From the NCBI RefSeq assembly GCF_003918875.1, contig NW_025765772.1:1-64000 (forward strand): a DNA stretch of 64,000 nucleotides, given 5' to 3'. The first letter of the stretch is position 1. Every line of letters starts with the position of its first letter. Below the pieces are notes generated by a model. That model made no database searches. It was not told the DNA's origin and worked only from the letters and a program-made list of their open reading frames with translations. Shown here one piece after another: positions 26,962 through 40,500 of the stretch. This stretch comes from Haliotis rubra (lineage: Eukaryota). A program made the position numbers and the translations under genes.

Positions 26962-27344
26962 TTAAAGCGGCCGGAATATGGCTAAGCGCCACACTTACGC
27001 GCCAGTCATATTAAAGTATTTCAAATCTCACATTTCGCACATACATTGGCATTAACCCGTTATCTAATAAACACATTATGAAAAACTTGTGAAAATGCTT
27101 TTTGATATTTGTGTTACTATATTATTGCGAAATATACATTAATGTCGTCTTTTTTAAGGTGTCATTCGGTACAACAAGGGAGTAATCCATGTTCATATTT
27201 GAACTTCCGCTTCCACCGTTGGATAATTCAAGATGAATCATGCAGGTAAATTACATTGATATTACATATAACCAGTCATCAAATGATGTCAAAACTTTGC
27301 CATTAGTACCCGCTTAGCTTGGCCCTTATTTAACTGTTTATTAT

Positions 27345-28540
27345 TGGGCTAGAATGCCCCAGATTTTTTGTCAAATCGCCCCATGTTTGATCACATTGTT
27401 GGGGGTAGTCAAAATGCCACAGTGTATTTAAAATGATTAAATATATGCCATAAATGCATAGTTTTGTCAACTTCCATATAGAGCAAAAGTAATATTCATG
27501 TATAAACAACACTATAATACCACTATTTGCATGTTAGTAACGCTTTTGTAAAGAATTACAATAATAAACTGAAATGTTTGGTATAAAGTTGTTATTGGCC
27601 ATAAATGCATAGTTTTTGTCAACAAGTATGGTATAATACTTATCAAAATAATCTAAAAGCTTTTTGTTATTATTAATTGCTTGTCAAAAGGTGAGGTCGT
27701 AAATGCATAGATTTTCTCAACAAGTATGGCATAATGCTTATCAAAACAATCTAGAGCTTTGATTAATTAATCTTGTCAAAAGTGTGAATAAAAACAGGCT
27801 ATTCAAACATGTTCACTTATTGACATTCAATGCTGTGTTTAGTTAAAGAAAATTTTGAGGCCTCGAATGTATGAACATTTCAGGCTTATAAAACATATTC
27901 ACTAATTGACCATCACCTATCAAGATTCAAAATGTAATTTTGAACGATTCTAATATCTACAGTCATTTTGACTTAAATTTCGGTAAGCAGATTTTGTCTA
28001 ATCATACATTCTCGTCTCCAACTTGAATGTAGTGACCTTTATGCGCACAAGTATGAAAGATTTACATCTTTGACATCATATTGCTCTTGTGGCCATAACT
28101 ATGAAGACTCTGCTCACTAGTTCTTTTCATGTACTCTTCATATAAGCTTATGCTTGTTTACCAATCCGGTTCCTTTCTTTGGAAATAAATATGTTTACAT
28201 AATGCCATTTGTTGACCAAAAACTATTTACAGCCAGTAAACATATTATACAAACCTTTCATTTTACTCTTGTAATTCTTTACCAAATAATTGGTATTATA
28301 GTGTTGTTTATGTACATGAATATTACTTTTGGTCTTATCAGTTTACTAATAGAAAATGTATCAGATATATCACTATATAATATTATATATAGAATATAAT
28401 ATTGAAGTTGACAAAAACTATGCATTTGTGGCATATATTTAACCAATTTTAAATACATTGGGGCATTTTGACTATCCCCCTTGTGCAATTTGACCAAACC
28501 TGGGGCGATTTGACCAAAAATCTGGGGCATTTTGACCCAA
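27345..28540. mobile_element. Long-TIR MITE
   Basis: ~130-bp imperfect inverted repeats at 27345-27475 and 28404-28540 with GGGGC(A/G)TTTTG subrepeats; the left terminus appears truncated. Confidence 0.7.
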
Positions 28541-30849
28541 TTGGCAGGGGCGTTTTGTAGCTGGGGCGCGATTTGATCTGGCACCCGCTCTTTTATTAGA
28601 TCCTGGAGATGGATAGTTATGGACCAACTCAGCTTGAAAAAATAAGTTTTTGGATAAAATGGAAATTTATATAATGTTCAGGAAAGATGTTTTCATTTAA
28701 GAACACAATTTTGCACAGATTTTCATTTTGACAACTAAAACTGAATATCTATGTCATTAATTTTCAGTGAAATTATGTCCAAACTTCTTTATTATGTTAA
28801 AATGCTCAAAAAAGGGTTTGAATGAAAACCTTAGCACCTCAAAACTTGAAGAATGTTAATATCCTCATGCGTAAATGCACCACTTCAAATTCATTTGATG
28901 AATATCATAATTAAAGGCTAATCGGCCTATAGCAAAATAGAGCGGAACGGCCTATTATATCCCGCTTTGCCTATTATAGACCGATCGGTAGGTTTCCCAA
29001 ACCTGAGAGATCTTTACTCAGTAACCTGGAATGTTACTACATTTTGGCAGTAAATTTGCTGAATAAAGTCTATAATTTGCATAATATAGTGAACGTATGT
29101 CAAAGTGCTTGGGTTTTAATTAACACTGAAACACATGTATTGTGCTGAGTAAGTAAAACCTCATATCAATGTTATATAAGGTCCAATCATCTCTTCAATA
29201 TTTTGCCTAATATAGCCGAATATGAGTATTATAGGGTCCAATTAATGTCCAACAACGCAGTATATTTTGTAGAATTAGGGATCATATGTTAAAATTACAT
29301 ATATCATATATGTCAGTGTTTCATGGGCTAATCATTTATAAATTCTTTTATTTTTTTTATTTGTTGTAGCCATAATCCCAAATCGGTTCCAGCTGAACGA
29401 GGACTTTGACAATATAATCGTTCCGAGTCAAACTTCAAGAAGAGGAGGAATTTAAGGAAGGGCGATACTGTAAATATGATATTCATTATTGTCATCATTA
29501 ATTATTATTATACATTCAGCAGCTATTACAGTTGTCATGTCAGCTATCATATTTATTCGGTAGCGGCTATTGACTGTATAGGGTTGCAAAGTGGTTTTAA
29601 GTATTCGCTCATCACACCAAATACATGGGTTCGATTCCCCATGAGTTCAGTGTGGAATATTGCCAAAGCGGCGTAAACCTATACTCACTCACTCTCTCAC
29701 TATTCAGTAGCTAGTGTATAGTGAGCATCGTCCTTATTCTTCATTCTGATGTGTCATATCTCCATTCTTCCCAGAAAATAATCTATTGTTCCCATTGGCC
29801 ATGAAGGCTTTATTGTTTCAGTATGTCACCTCTGGCTCCATTTTTTTATTGTAAGCATTAGTGTCTCATTTGACACTTTGGGTCCTCCTGAATTTGCACA
29901 GAAGGCTTCAAAGTCAACATGCCCGAAACAACCGCAGCATCAGCAAATTCATCACCAACCGCTTAGCCGGGTCTGCTGTCTGATCAAGAACTCTCTACTC
30001 CTAAAGCAGTCACATTTGAATAAGAGGTTGGTATGAGATACTTTAGGAACTAAATTCCTTAGCTAATTGGCAATTCGCTTTGTATATTGTTTTTGTATTA
30101 CGCAATAACTTGTTTGCCAAGAGCTCATTAAAACCAAACTCCGCCCGCTTTGCGGCAGGGAACTGCTGTTTTCACGCCGATGATGGCTGCAATGTAGTAT
30201 GCGTTCCTTTTTGATCCTGTACATTTCAAAGGCCTAACTTCAAACTTCCTTGTGGCTGTAAAAACATTTGCACTTAAGTCTGTTTATATTCAAGGATCTG
30301 CGGTCGCTTTGTAGTTTCTTCGTATTTTTGCAGGTGATGTCCCCTTGTTGTGGTATTATATATTTTCAATAACAAATCGTATGATAAATAGTGACGTGAT
30401 TTGTCAAATTTGTGATTTGTTGCATTAGAATAGTGTTTGCTGATAAAATCATTTCTGGTCATGTATCTGTCGTTGAATAGCATATATACTGATAGGAAAC
30501 AAATCAGGAACCCTGTGAAATACAAGTGCCCCTCATAATCTTTTCCAAGTTCTTTACATACTTTGTTTGGGTGACAATGCCACAATATATAAAGGGATGC
30601 TTTTATGGTTCCATCTGGTATATTTATTACCAATAGCATAAAGTAATTCGAAGTCGATTATCTCTTCTAGTTGAACATTGTTGTGCTTTAGAATGCAGCA
30701 GCATCTAGTATGTCCTGAATGTCATTTTCGAAACTTGAAATGTTCTTATTTATAATTGTTATACCATGTGTATTCATATGAACTATATTATCCCATCTGT
30801 TTTAATTAACAATTGGTAGTAGCTAAATTTTGTGTGCAAAATTTTTCAT

Positions 30850-32100
30850 TTATCAGATAGGTAGAAAATGATTAAGTATCATCATGGAATGTTTTTCCGC
30901 GGAATGTGTAATTAGTTGTCACAGCCTCCTTACTGAATGTTGCAATAATATTTTAAAAGCATTTCAACTACATTTGTATCTATTTCAATTGTGCCTGCAA
31001 TATATCTGCGCTAGCGTAGCGGTATTTCATTGTTCCCTTTACCTGTGAACCCTTGAAACTTTTAGCTATGTCTCCAGGAGTATCACTTTCTAAATGTCTA
31101 CTAAACTAAGTCTTTCTTAAAGCTTTCCTAATCCCATTTACTAGAGATTTTTGCACAGATGGGGCTGTCAAAGTATTAAGACGTAAGTTTGCGGGAAGAT
31201 CCCATTCCATGAATTATCGTGGTGAAAGAGAATAGGTTTGGGGTGGGTATTATGAATGTTTTACCGATCCATATGACGAAATGTGCATGTGTGTATATGC
31301 ATGACTGTTTTGTACTACCCCAGACTTACCATGCCACAGCCTAACATGAATACCCAACTCAGACACGTTACATGTTCCTCCAGCCCACCCGTCCTTGTTG
31401 CCGCTGTTCACCGCGGCAACATTTGCGCTAACACAATCCTTTACTTATTCATAATTGAATTTAAAATTGAAACTAATTCTCTTTACTGGATGTCACATGG
31501 AGGCTGCTAACCAGGGTACCACACCCCAAGTGTTCATCAGTTACATATGGGCAACCAAGGGCCAATCAAAATTATCCGCTAGCAAATGGATTTACCATCA
31601 GCCTAACCAGTGTTAAAGCGTGGAGTCAGGCCTTGGTCAGCACAAGGTCAACCTGTCTACTAAAATGCTGAAAGTCATTTTTTCCCCACCCCGAAGGTCC
31701 GTCAAATTAAGAATATGGCTATAGAAGTTGAATTTATCTGCATTTTGCTGCTTTTATGCCCGGGGTATATGAGTCAGCACCTCATGTATCTCGAATCCGT
31801 CGCATATGTGTCCATTTTTGGAAGAACAGGGCATAACTTGAAAGCCGTTAAATATTTTTCCACTAAACTTCATATATATATCAAACTCACCCTGAAGTAG
31901 TATCCTTTGCTTATTACCATTTCATATTGTCGAGATTCCATCATACTGGGGAGTGTATGTCTTCTTCTTATGACTCTTGTCTAATTTGATTTGCCACAAG
32001 TTCAGACGCTATACACTCACTGCTAGAAAGACGTAGCCAGCTTTTCTGCACGATACAGGGGCAAAGAGGCCTGTCTCCATGGCTTCCAGCATCACGCCAT
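30850..32100 (-). pseudogene. Possible decayed Mab-21/cGLR-like nucleotidyltransferase
   Basis: Ordered, frameshifted motif remnants on the minus strand: AGSHGD, NLDNM, VDLVL, DWPLVA, HIPRKNI. Many stops and a SINE fragment insertion. Confidence 0.25.
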
Positions 32101-34596
32101 TTTGCCCTGCAAGACTTTGACCAGACATGTAACAAATTGAAGGTTATTTCGGTTTATAATACATTACATTCTCGAATGGGTTTTGTCAAATGGCTCACTG
32201 TCCACCCAACATGTATTGCATAAACTTAAAATCAGGATTTTGGTTGCAGACGGATTGTAATTTCGGCAAATGTTGCACTGAATATTTTCTTCATATCCGC
32301 ATCAGCTAGAAGCCACCATGGCCCTATATTCTCCCTATTAATGGTGCAATAAAGGTTCCTATGTGAAATTTTACATATCTCTCTTTCTTTTATCAGCAGA
32401 ACGCATTTGCATATCTAAAATATATCTGATAAAGTTTAAAGCAGTTATACATCTGTTTTAAATCATAAATGTTTTGTCCCAAATACCTCTAATTAGATTC
32501 TTATTTAACATATCTGTTATAACCTAATAATAATGTCTCATGTCCTCACTAAACTTTTTACATATTTTTTTGTATTTAGCGGGATGTCGCTACATTGTTC
32601 GGCGCATTCATTGTTGTGATGGCGATACCTGGAGTCTATGCTTGCGCAGTAATACGAAGGGCAAAGGGAGACGCTGAGTGTTTTTGCCATTGAACAATAT
32701 GCCAATGGCTCAGTCCAGAAATCAAAGGTTTGTTATGTTAGTTTTGCTGAAATACCAAAATCATGAGTCCTTTAGAACTTTCATATGTATTAATATGTAC
32801 TTAAATATCAGTTTATTACAAGACGCAAATCATTATTGTTGTTACTTGCACATCCACCTCATATTATGTCGCAGAAGTAGTGAAACAAAGTAAAATGTTT
32901 CTACAATTTACAGGCTTACTATTTCCTTATTTACCTTTGGCATTCCATTGTAGATGTTTGCTTTAGGTATTTTGCATGATACAGTAAACATATGAAACTT
33001 TCTAGGAAATAACGTTTTAAAAGCTTCCCTCTGATTGTTGAATTGCAGATTTAAGAATCAGCATGCCAATCATGTCAGATATCTTCATATCAAAGGCGTA
33101 CAGAAGGGGCTGTTAAGGAGCTTCATCCGCGACCGGTGACTACGGTTGTTGTCAATGGAGTAATTTGAACCCCCATTTTTTATTTTTCTGCTAAAAAATT
33201 TAGTTAAATTAGCGAATTATTCATCAGGCTTTGCCTATAAATATAAAAAGGGTAATGCTATTTTTGAGAGGGGCATTATCATTTGCAGAAGCTCCGAGGT
33301 CTTCCATTAACTGCCGACGACGAAGGAGTGCTGTTGAGAAAGATCGAGGGCTTCTGCAAATGATAATACCCTCAAACATTATATTCTTAAAATACATGGA
33401 ATTTGTGTTGAAATGACAAAGGAAACAATAAAGGAATTTGAATAAGTTTACCCAAATCCAACTTCTGATGACGGGGTTGACTGCCGGAATGCATTTACAT
33501 GTCGAACAATTCCAGTGACGTCACAACAGAAAGTGACGATATTAGGGCCTAAGCCGTTGACAAGATACACTATAGCCTGCAACATGTCAGAGCTATAGGC
33601 GGTGTTCAGTTTTAGTCCATCAACAGTCTTAATACTGCATTTGTGAAGGTTAGCACCAACAAGAGAAGCCATTACCGCTATTTAAAGCGGGAATTTGGAG
33701 TTGCTGACTTGTTTGACCCAGAATATGTGCCAGTCGAAAGACAATTAATGTTGAACCATGGCGTCCGCGACAACAGAGACTGATAGCGGTAGAAGCCGTT
33801 AAGGTTGAGGCGGTCCAATATCATTTTGCGGCACGGACCGCAAATTTTCTGATAATGGGAGAGCCGTTTCATGCGATAATTCCATGTATTTTAGCTATAA
33901 TGTATGTATAATACACTATACTGGTATTGAGAAAGCACCATTATGCCATGTGAATGCTTGCTGTATCATTCATTGATTACATTTCAATGAAGTGTTTAAG
34001 AGATTCACATGGAATATTTTCGGTTATTGATTTTTTCATTCCGTTTCCTGTTTGAGGGTGTTTTGTTTCCAGATTGGAATATATTGTACAGCCCTAAACA
34101 ACTTACATGTACTTTATAGTGTGATGATGTAAGTGCACATGTAATTTGCCATGAATCTTGGCAAACTACTGTTGTATTTCATACAATGGCCCTCTTTTAA
34201 TCTAAAGATGTGTCGGATCACACACCAATATTACCAAAGTCCAATGATCATGTAAGTTCATGAGAAATGTTTTTGGCTCAGGTTTACAATTACATGTAAA
34301 TGTTTAAATGTTTACTTGAATCTAAAGAAAACAAGATAATTATGGTATATTTTGTTGTTTAGAAATTCAATCATTTTGTACCCATATGTACACACAAGTA
34401 GATTATTTATATCATAATACTATATAGTCATTTTTTCAAATCACAAATGCTGTTTATCAATGTTTTATCTTACTATTGTAATCTCAAGCTGTTATTAACT
34501 TTCGCATACTATGTTTTAGGACATCATGCATTGTGGTATTGCCCTAATTGCCTATAAATGTTTCGCATGTCTCAGGCCTGTTTTCTTATCCTATAG

Positions 34597-37500
34597 GTGG
34601 AGTTCCATATATCCTTTTGTCAACAGAACATGCTGTGTGTGTCCACATATCTACCCAGTAACTCATCCAACGAGTCATATGCCATTGTCAGCTTAAACTT
34701 TCAAGGTGCAAGGCACTCCATTAGCATGTTCTGTATGCAAAAGGCACCATGCCCACATACGGAGATGCCATCAAGTGTTCTGGGCACTCATTAAGCTAGA
34801 GGTACTGCTAGAAAGAGCTGTTGTCATCAAAACCATCTTTCAGGGCACGATGTGTCCCCTTATCCAATATCAAAAAAAATAGATTTCAGCAGCATGTCTA
34901 GTTTTTCAAGGAAAATATGAGAAACAGTTTTGCCCCAGACACATCGAGCATCTGTGTTTGTGGATCTCCTTGGGGTGAATTAACAGATGGCCTGGACTCA
35001 ATGATGTTCACATAACCACTTCATCCAGTGTTAGAGGGTATGCAGATGTTTTCCTTTTTAATTCCAGTTTACAAAAACATCAATATGTCTAAATTGAGAA
35101 AAAAAAACTGAGCTTCATGTAAGTGGTTTAAATTTCATCATTTATTGAAAGAAGAACATTACACTTGGTCATTTTGTCTGATCAATGTTTATTTTTGCAT
35201 ATTAACAAATTCATGCAAAATTTCAAATTGTTCTTTCCTTGTCCTACCAGTATATCAACATTTGGTTACTGGTTAAACAACAAGACCAACGATAGGGCTT
35301 TTGTTACTTCTTACATTTTTACTTGCTTTAAAGGGTCTAAGTGCTATTCAGGTTCACTCTCACTCAGCCAGAGTCTAACCAAAAAGGTCTTGTTAAAACA
35401 ACATAGAACTATGGCTATGTGAGAACAGAGGGATGCGAGCCAGGTAATAAGAATTAGCCCACTGAAGCATGAGCCTTTGTTCATGGGCTATAGTCGAGTA
35501 TCTACAATGCAACATTATTTAAGATGTATGCAAGTCTGTTGGCGTTTTGTAACATGAAATTTGATTTAAACATATCTATTTCTGATATATTGTTTCCCAC
35601 ACTGTATCGGCAAACAAGCAAAAAGCTTATAATAATGCCTGTCAGACAAAATAACATTTATGGGACTTGTAGTTGTATTGCATAACATTATTACAAAAAG
35701 TACATGATATCATAAAACAATATTAAGCATACAATATAGCATCCATACAGCAGAAATGCTTTAGTAGTTCTGCAAAGGGCTAGATGAAAATTTAAGATTG
35801 ATTAAATATTCTTTAAAGTGATAATAAAGTTATGTACTGATTTCATAATAATATGATGTTTAGATCTAGGTACTTCTAGGTTACCATATGGGCGTCATTT
35901 ATGCTATATCCATGTTTGAAAGAAATCAAATTTTTTATAGGATCATAGTTGTTACATATAAAAGATAATGATTGGTGAAACTTGATAGGTACTGAATTTA
36001 TCTGTGCAGTCAATTTGCGTCTTTTTGAAACCAGAGGCCTAAATCTTTGTGCTCGGAATAATAAATATTTTTGCATAAATAATCTTGGACTAGTTAAAAT
36101 CATTTCACTAATATCACTAATTGAGTATTTCCTGAAATCCTCCAAAAAGAATTCAAATAATACCATATCAATGTATCTCCTTAAATACAGATGTCACTAA
36201 TGTCACCAATTGAGGCATTACCTCAAATCCTCAAAATAATCCTTCAAATAATGCCATGTCAGTGTACAAGTATCTCACATTAATTACAAATTTCTGCTAA
36301 TCTCACTAAGTGAGCAATTTGTTGAAACTTACAGCCAAATCCCTCTGGCTATGTGAGAGACCTGTTTTGACAGAATCTGGCTAAGTAAGAGGACACCGCT
36401 ATTCATGTTATTCGTATAATAAGAAAACATGAAGCAACTTTTCAATTTGTTAAGTTTTTTGAAGACAGTGCAGCAACTGCCAAAGAACAAAAGAATTTGA
36501 TGGTGGGGATCAGCATGTTCTCAACATGGGAACCTATATGGTTTCACACCAAGTCTTTCGACAGTATTCCAAACAGTTCCTCACAGATGGGTAATATGTG
36601 AATTTTTACATTTCATAGGGCATTGAAAGTTGCGCAATCATTATTTAATCTCAGATAAAACTGGAGTGTTAACATGTTAAACTCACACAAAAAATGTTGC
36701 ATAAATCATATTTCAAAAGCAGCAGTAATTGCCCTGCCATTATCTACAGCATATGCTATAAATATACAAATTTTTCCTTATCCTAACTCCTGATCTTTTT
36801 GCTTTATCTCCCTTTCCCTTTCGATTGGTAGTGGAACACTTGAATCCTTGGAGTTTCGAAGCGGACGTATCAATACTCTCCACGAGTTACCTCCCTTCCT
36901 CTTTCCAGCATAAGCGTACCATGTGGCGTGCCCATACTTGTCGCTCTCTCCCTTTTCGCCCAAGCGTATGGTTGGGCGAGCACTGGAGTCCCGTATACGT
37001 CAATTTACCGTTTCTATTTAGGCCTATTCTTTTAAAATAGGCTGTGTATGGATTTGGCTATAATCATTATATAGTATCTGTACAAACTTGTTAAAATATA
37101 TTGACTTTGAATCGTGTTTTCATCGTGTTGTAAACTACAGGGGAAACTCAGGAAGAGGCCGCGGCCCCAGAGCTTCCAGAGGTACCAGACGTTGATGTCA
37201 GAGTTCGGAACGACTGGAGTCTTCCACCCCCACTACACCTGTCACCTACGGAATGGATGCTCCATAAGGGAAATATGATTCCCTTCCATAGACCTGTTTG
37301 CCACGAGGTTCAACAAACAACTACAGACGTTTGTCTCACCAGTTCCAGATCCTCAAGCCTGGGCAACAGATGCACTGAGCATGTCGTGGGAAGGACTAAA
37401 CGCCTGATACTACTGCCAAAAGTATTTGGCTACAACTGACTTTGGTCGCGCCCTTTGGCCAGCAAGAGCATGGTTCCCAGATCTAATAGAAAACCTAGGA

Positions 37501-40500
37501 AGCCCAGTAATCCAGCTTCCATATTGGCCGAACCTACTGATACATCCGCACACCAAGCAAGTCCACAGGAACCCAGCAGTGTTCCAGCTACACGTGTGGA
37601 CAGTATAAAATTGTGTTTGAAAAAGACCTTTTCATAATCTATGGGTTGTTATAAGATATCTAGTACAGGAGAATACTAGTTTATCTATAACCACACGAAT
37701 CAGCATGATTCAACTTGTCTGAGATTGAAGTAAGACAAGGATTGGTCCCCCGAGTTACTACGCATTAAGTTGGAAGAATATGACCAAGGAAATGCGTTCC
37801 CATGGGGATACAGGACGTATTTAAGGACAGCTGTTGAATCCAGTGGCTTGACCCACCACCTATTCCGACGGATTCTATAAGCAAAAGATCATGAGTCAGG
37901 ATAAGTATAAAATATCAATTTTACTCTAAAAATTACATTTTTATACTTATCCTGACTCATGTCGAACAAGACCTCCCAACCTCCCCGTTGAAGACACTTG
38001 TGATTTCACAGCAGAAAGAGGGAAAGAGGAAGGGAGGTAACACATGGGTGAGTATTTATACGTCCGCTTCGGGAACATAAAGGGATTCAAGTGTTCTACT
38101 ACCATTCGAAAGGGAAAGGGAAATAAGCAAAAGATGATGAGTCAGGATAAGTATAAAATATCAATTTTACTTAAAAAATTACATTATCATTCTGTTGATA
38201 TAGTTGTGTAGGATAAAAGCACTTATCTAAATTCCTCTATTTTACAGAACAACGCTGTCTTCTTTTTATAAAACATTGGTGTGGCAGCATGCTGAAAATG
38301 GTGATCAAGAATTCAGTAACCAATTGTCCTACTACAGGTACTAATTTTGTCTGTCATGGCTTGCACAGCAAGTCAAATCATGCAACATTCAATATGTTAG
38401 GGGTTACCAAATATGTCTATTCATACATATATTCATGTATTTTGCCCAGTTTTTATATCCATACACCTACTGTAAAAAGGAAACAAGTTCCTTTGTCAAT
38501 CAAATCGGTATCAACAATCTCAGAAGTCACAATACAATGACTAAAATTATGTTAAATTTTCAGAATCGGCTCCCAAAACTGATCCATGTCTGTACAAAAC
38601 ATTTATTAACACAGGCCTAAAGCCAAGATGGTGTGAAATGATGATCTACCTTGAACATTTTTTTAATAGTGTTTATCATGACGAGAGGTACATCATTGCA
38701 GAAATTGACCTCATATACACAATAACTTCATTATTCATATATTTTCAACATGAATTATCAACACAACATTCACAACATTAACTTTGTCTTTAAGATTCCG
38801 ATATGCATGGTATGCATACTTGGACTTGTTGGATATATCCTATGAGGAGGGCTTCCAGTGCCCCTGCTGTGGGGAGTCACCAGAGGTAGTCATTATGGAT
38901 GGTGTCACCCTGGGGATCAAAAACACCCACATGGACTGGAAGATGCCACAAGAAGAACCACAGAACCTGGATGGAAGATAAGTAACACAACAGTTTCATT
39001 ATTAGTGTTGACAAAGTATCCACAGATTTAATATAGATATGCATTTATATCTAGAATTATATTATTTATATAGTCATGCCAGGATCACTGCACATGGGTG
39101 GAAACAATGACACAACAAAACTCTATGCAATGGTATTGAGTACTATATATCTACAATTCTTGTCACCAAGTGCACATCAAGCATGGTCAGGATGTTAAAC
39201 ACAAGTTGATTCTCACATAGATGCAGCCAAACCTGAGGTGCTATTATACGTCACACATCATTGCTTATATGTCACAATGCTGATCCCAACTTTGAACACT
39301 TACTTTTGTGACAAATGCTTTATGTGCAAATTGTGTTTATACTACTTTCAGCTCTAGGGTCTTTATCAAGAATCAGAGATGTAGAAAGCTGTTGAGGCAG
39401 TTTACAATCCGCATCCTCACCCAACAGGAAATGGCGGAGCTTCAGACGCTGCTGACCACATATGCACCCTTTTTTGGAGCCTTTGTTTTCAGAAATTGGT
39501 TCAAATTTTCATTATGGAAAGTGCCCCAAAATCTTCAGTTCTATCATTTGTACCTTGAGCTCGGATTATCCTTTGTTGGCTTTAATTCATATTGAAGATG
39601 AAATTGTTTTGGATATTCTCATGGATGAGTCTAAAGGGGCAAATTTTAGACATAACATCTCTTACATGGCCATTTTGGAAGATAAAGTCCCAACACTCTT
39701 TTCACTGCTGTCTCATTTTTCAGAAACTCCTGCTTATGTTCGTCCCCTGTTGCTTGCTTTTGTAGAAAATGTGGGTCAGTTTTTGAATGTCGATGAACAT
39801 GATTTAGAGGCATGTACAGCAATTTCAGTCTTCATCTTGAATTGTTAAATGGTTGTTACTTGTTGATAGGTGTTATTTTATGGAGTACGTCGAAAGTAAT
39901 CTGCACCTGAAATTCCTTTTCCATATCCATGATACAAGAATTTCTGATTAATGAATCATTTAGTATTAAATTTTGAATTTGTGTAGCCCAGAAATACATA
40001 AACTTTTCATTATATTTTGTCATGAAATATAACTAAATGGATTTTTACTTTCACCTTATAAAGTAATTTATATTATTTCATAGATTTCTGAATCAGAAGC
40101 ACATCCAGACATGAGGACCCAGTACTTTCCATCACTGAATGTCTGCAACCGGAGAGGCTCATATGTTTTGGATGACAAGAACCAAAGGGGACCCTGCAGG
40201 AAAAGTCCTGGCAGTCATCCTTCACTCACCCCAGGATTGTTCACTTTATCCTGTCAACATGGTGAATGTTGTTTGGCCTTATGTCTCATCAAATAGTTCA
40301 TCATAAAGTTTTATGCAATAGAACTCAATACAAACTTGAATATTTTTTATCATACTTGCAATACATTATACTAATTGCGGTGATTTCATTCAAAAGACAT
40401 TCTATTAATATCAAGGTCACCCAAGGTAATAAAAATGACAAACATTCCAATGTTTTTCTAGTCCATAACTAATAAACCAATAACACAATTATGGGATTAA

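Noticed and set aside
26966-27005. TAAGCGCCACA as the left TIR pairing with 60038-60064
   Set aside because: Only ~11 bp match, no TSD seen, and it would enclose unrelated debris.
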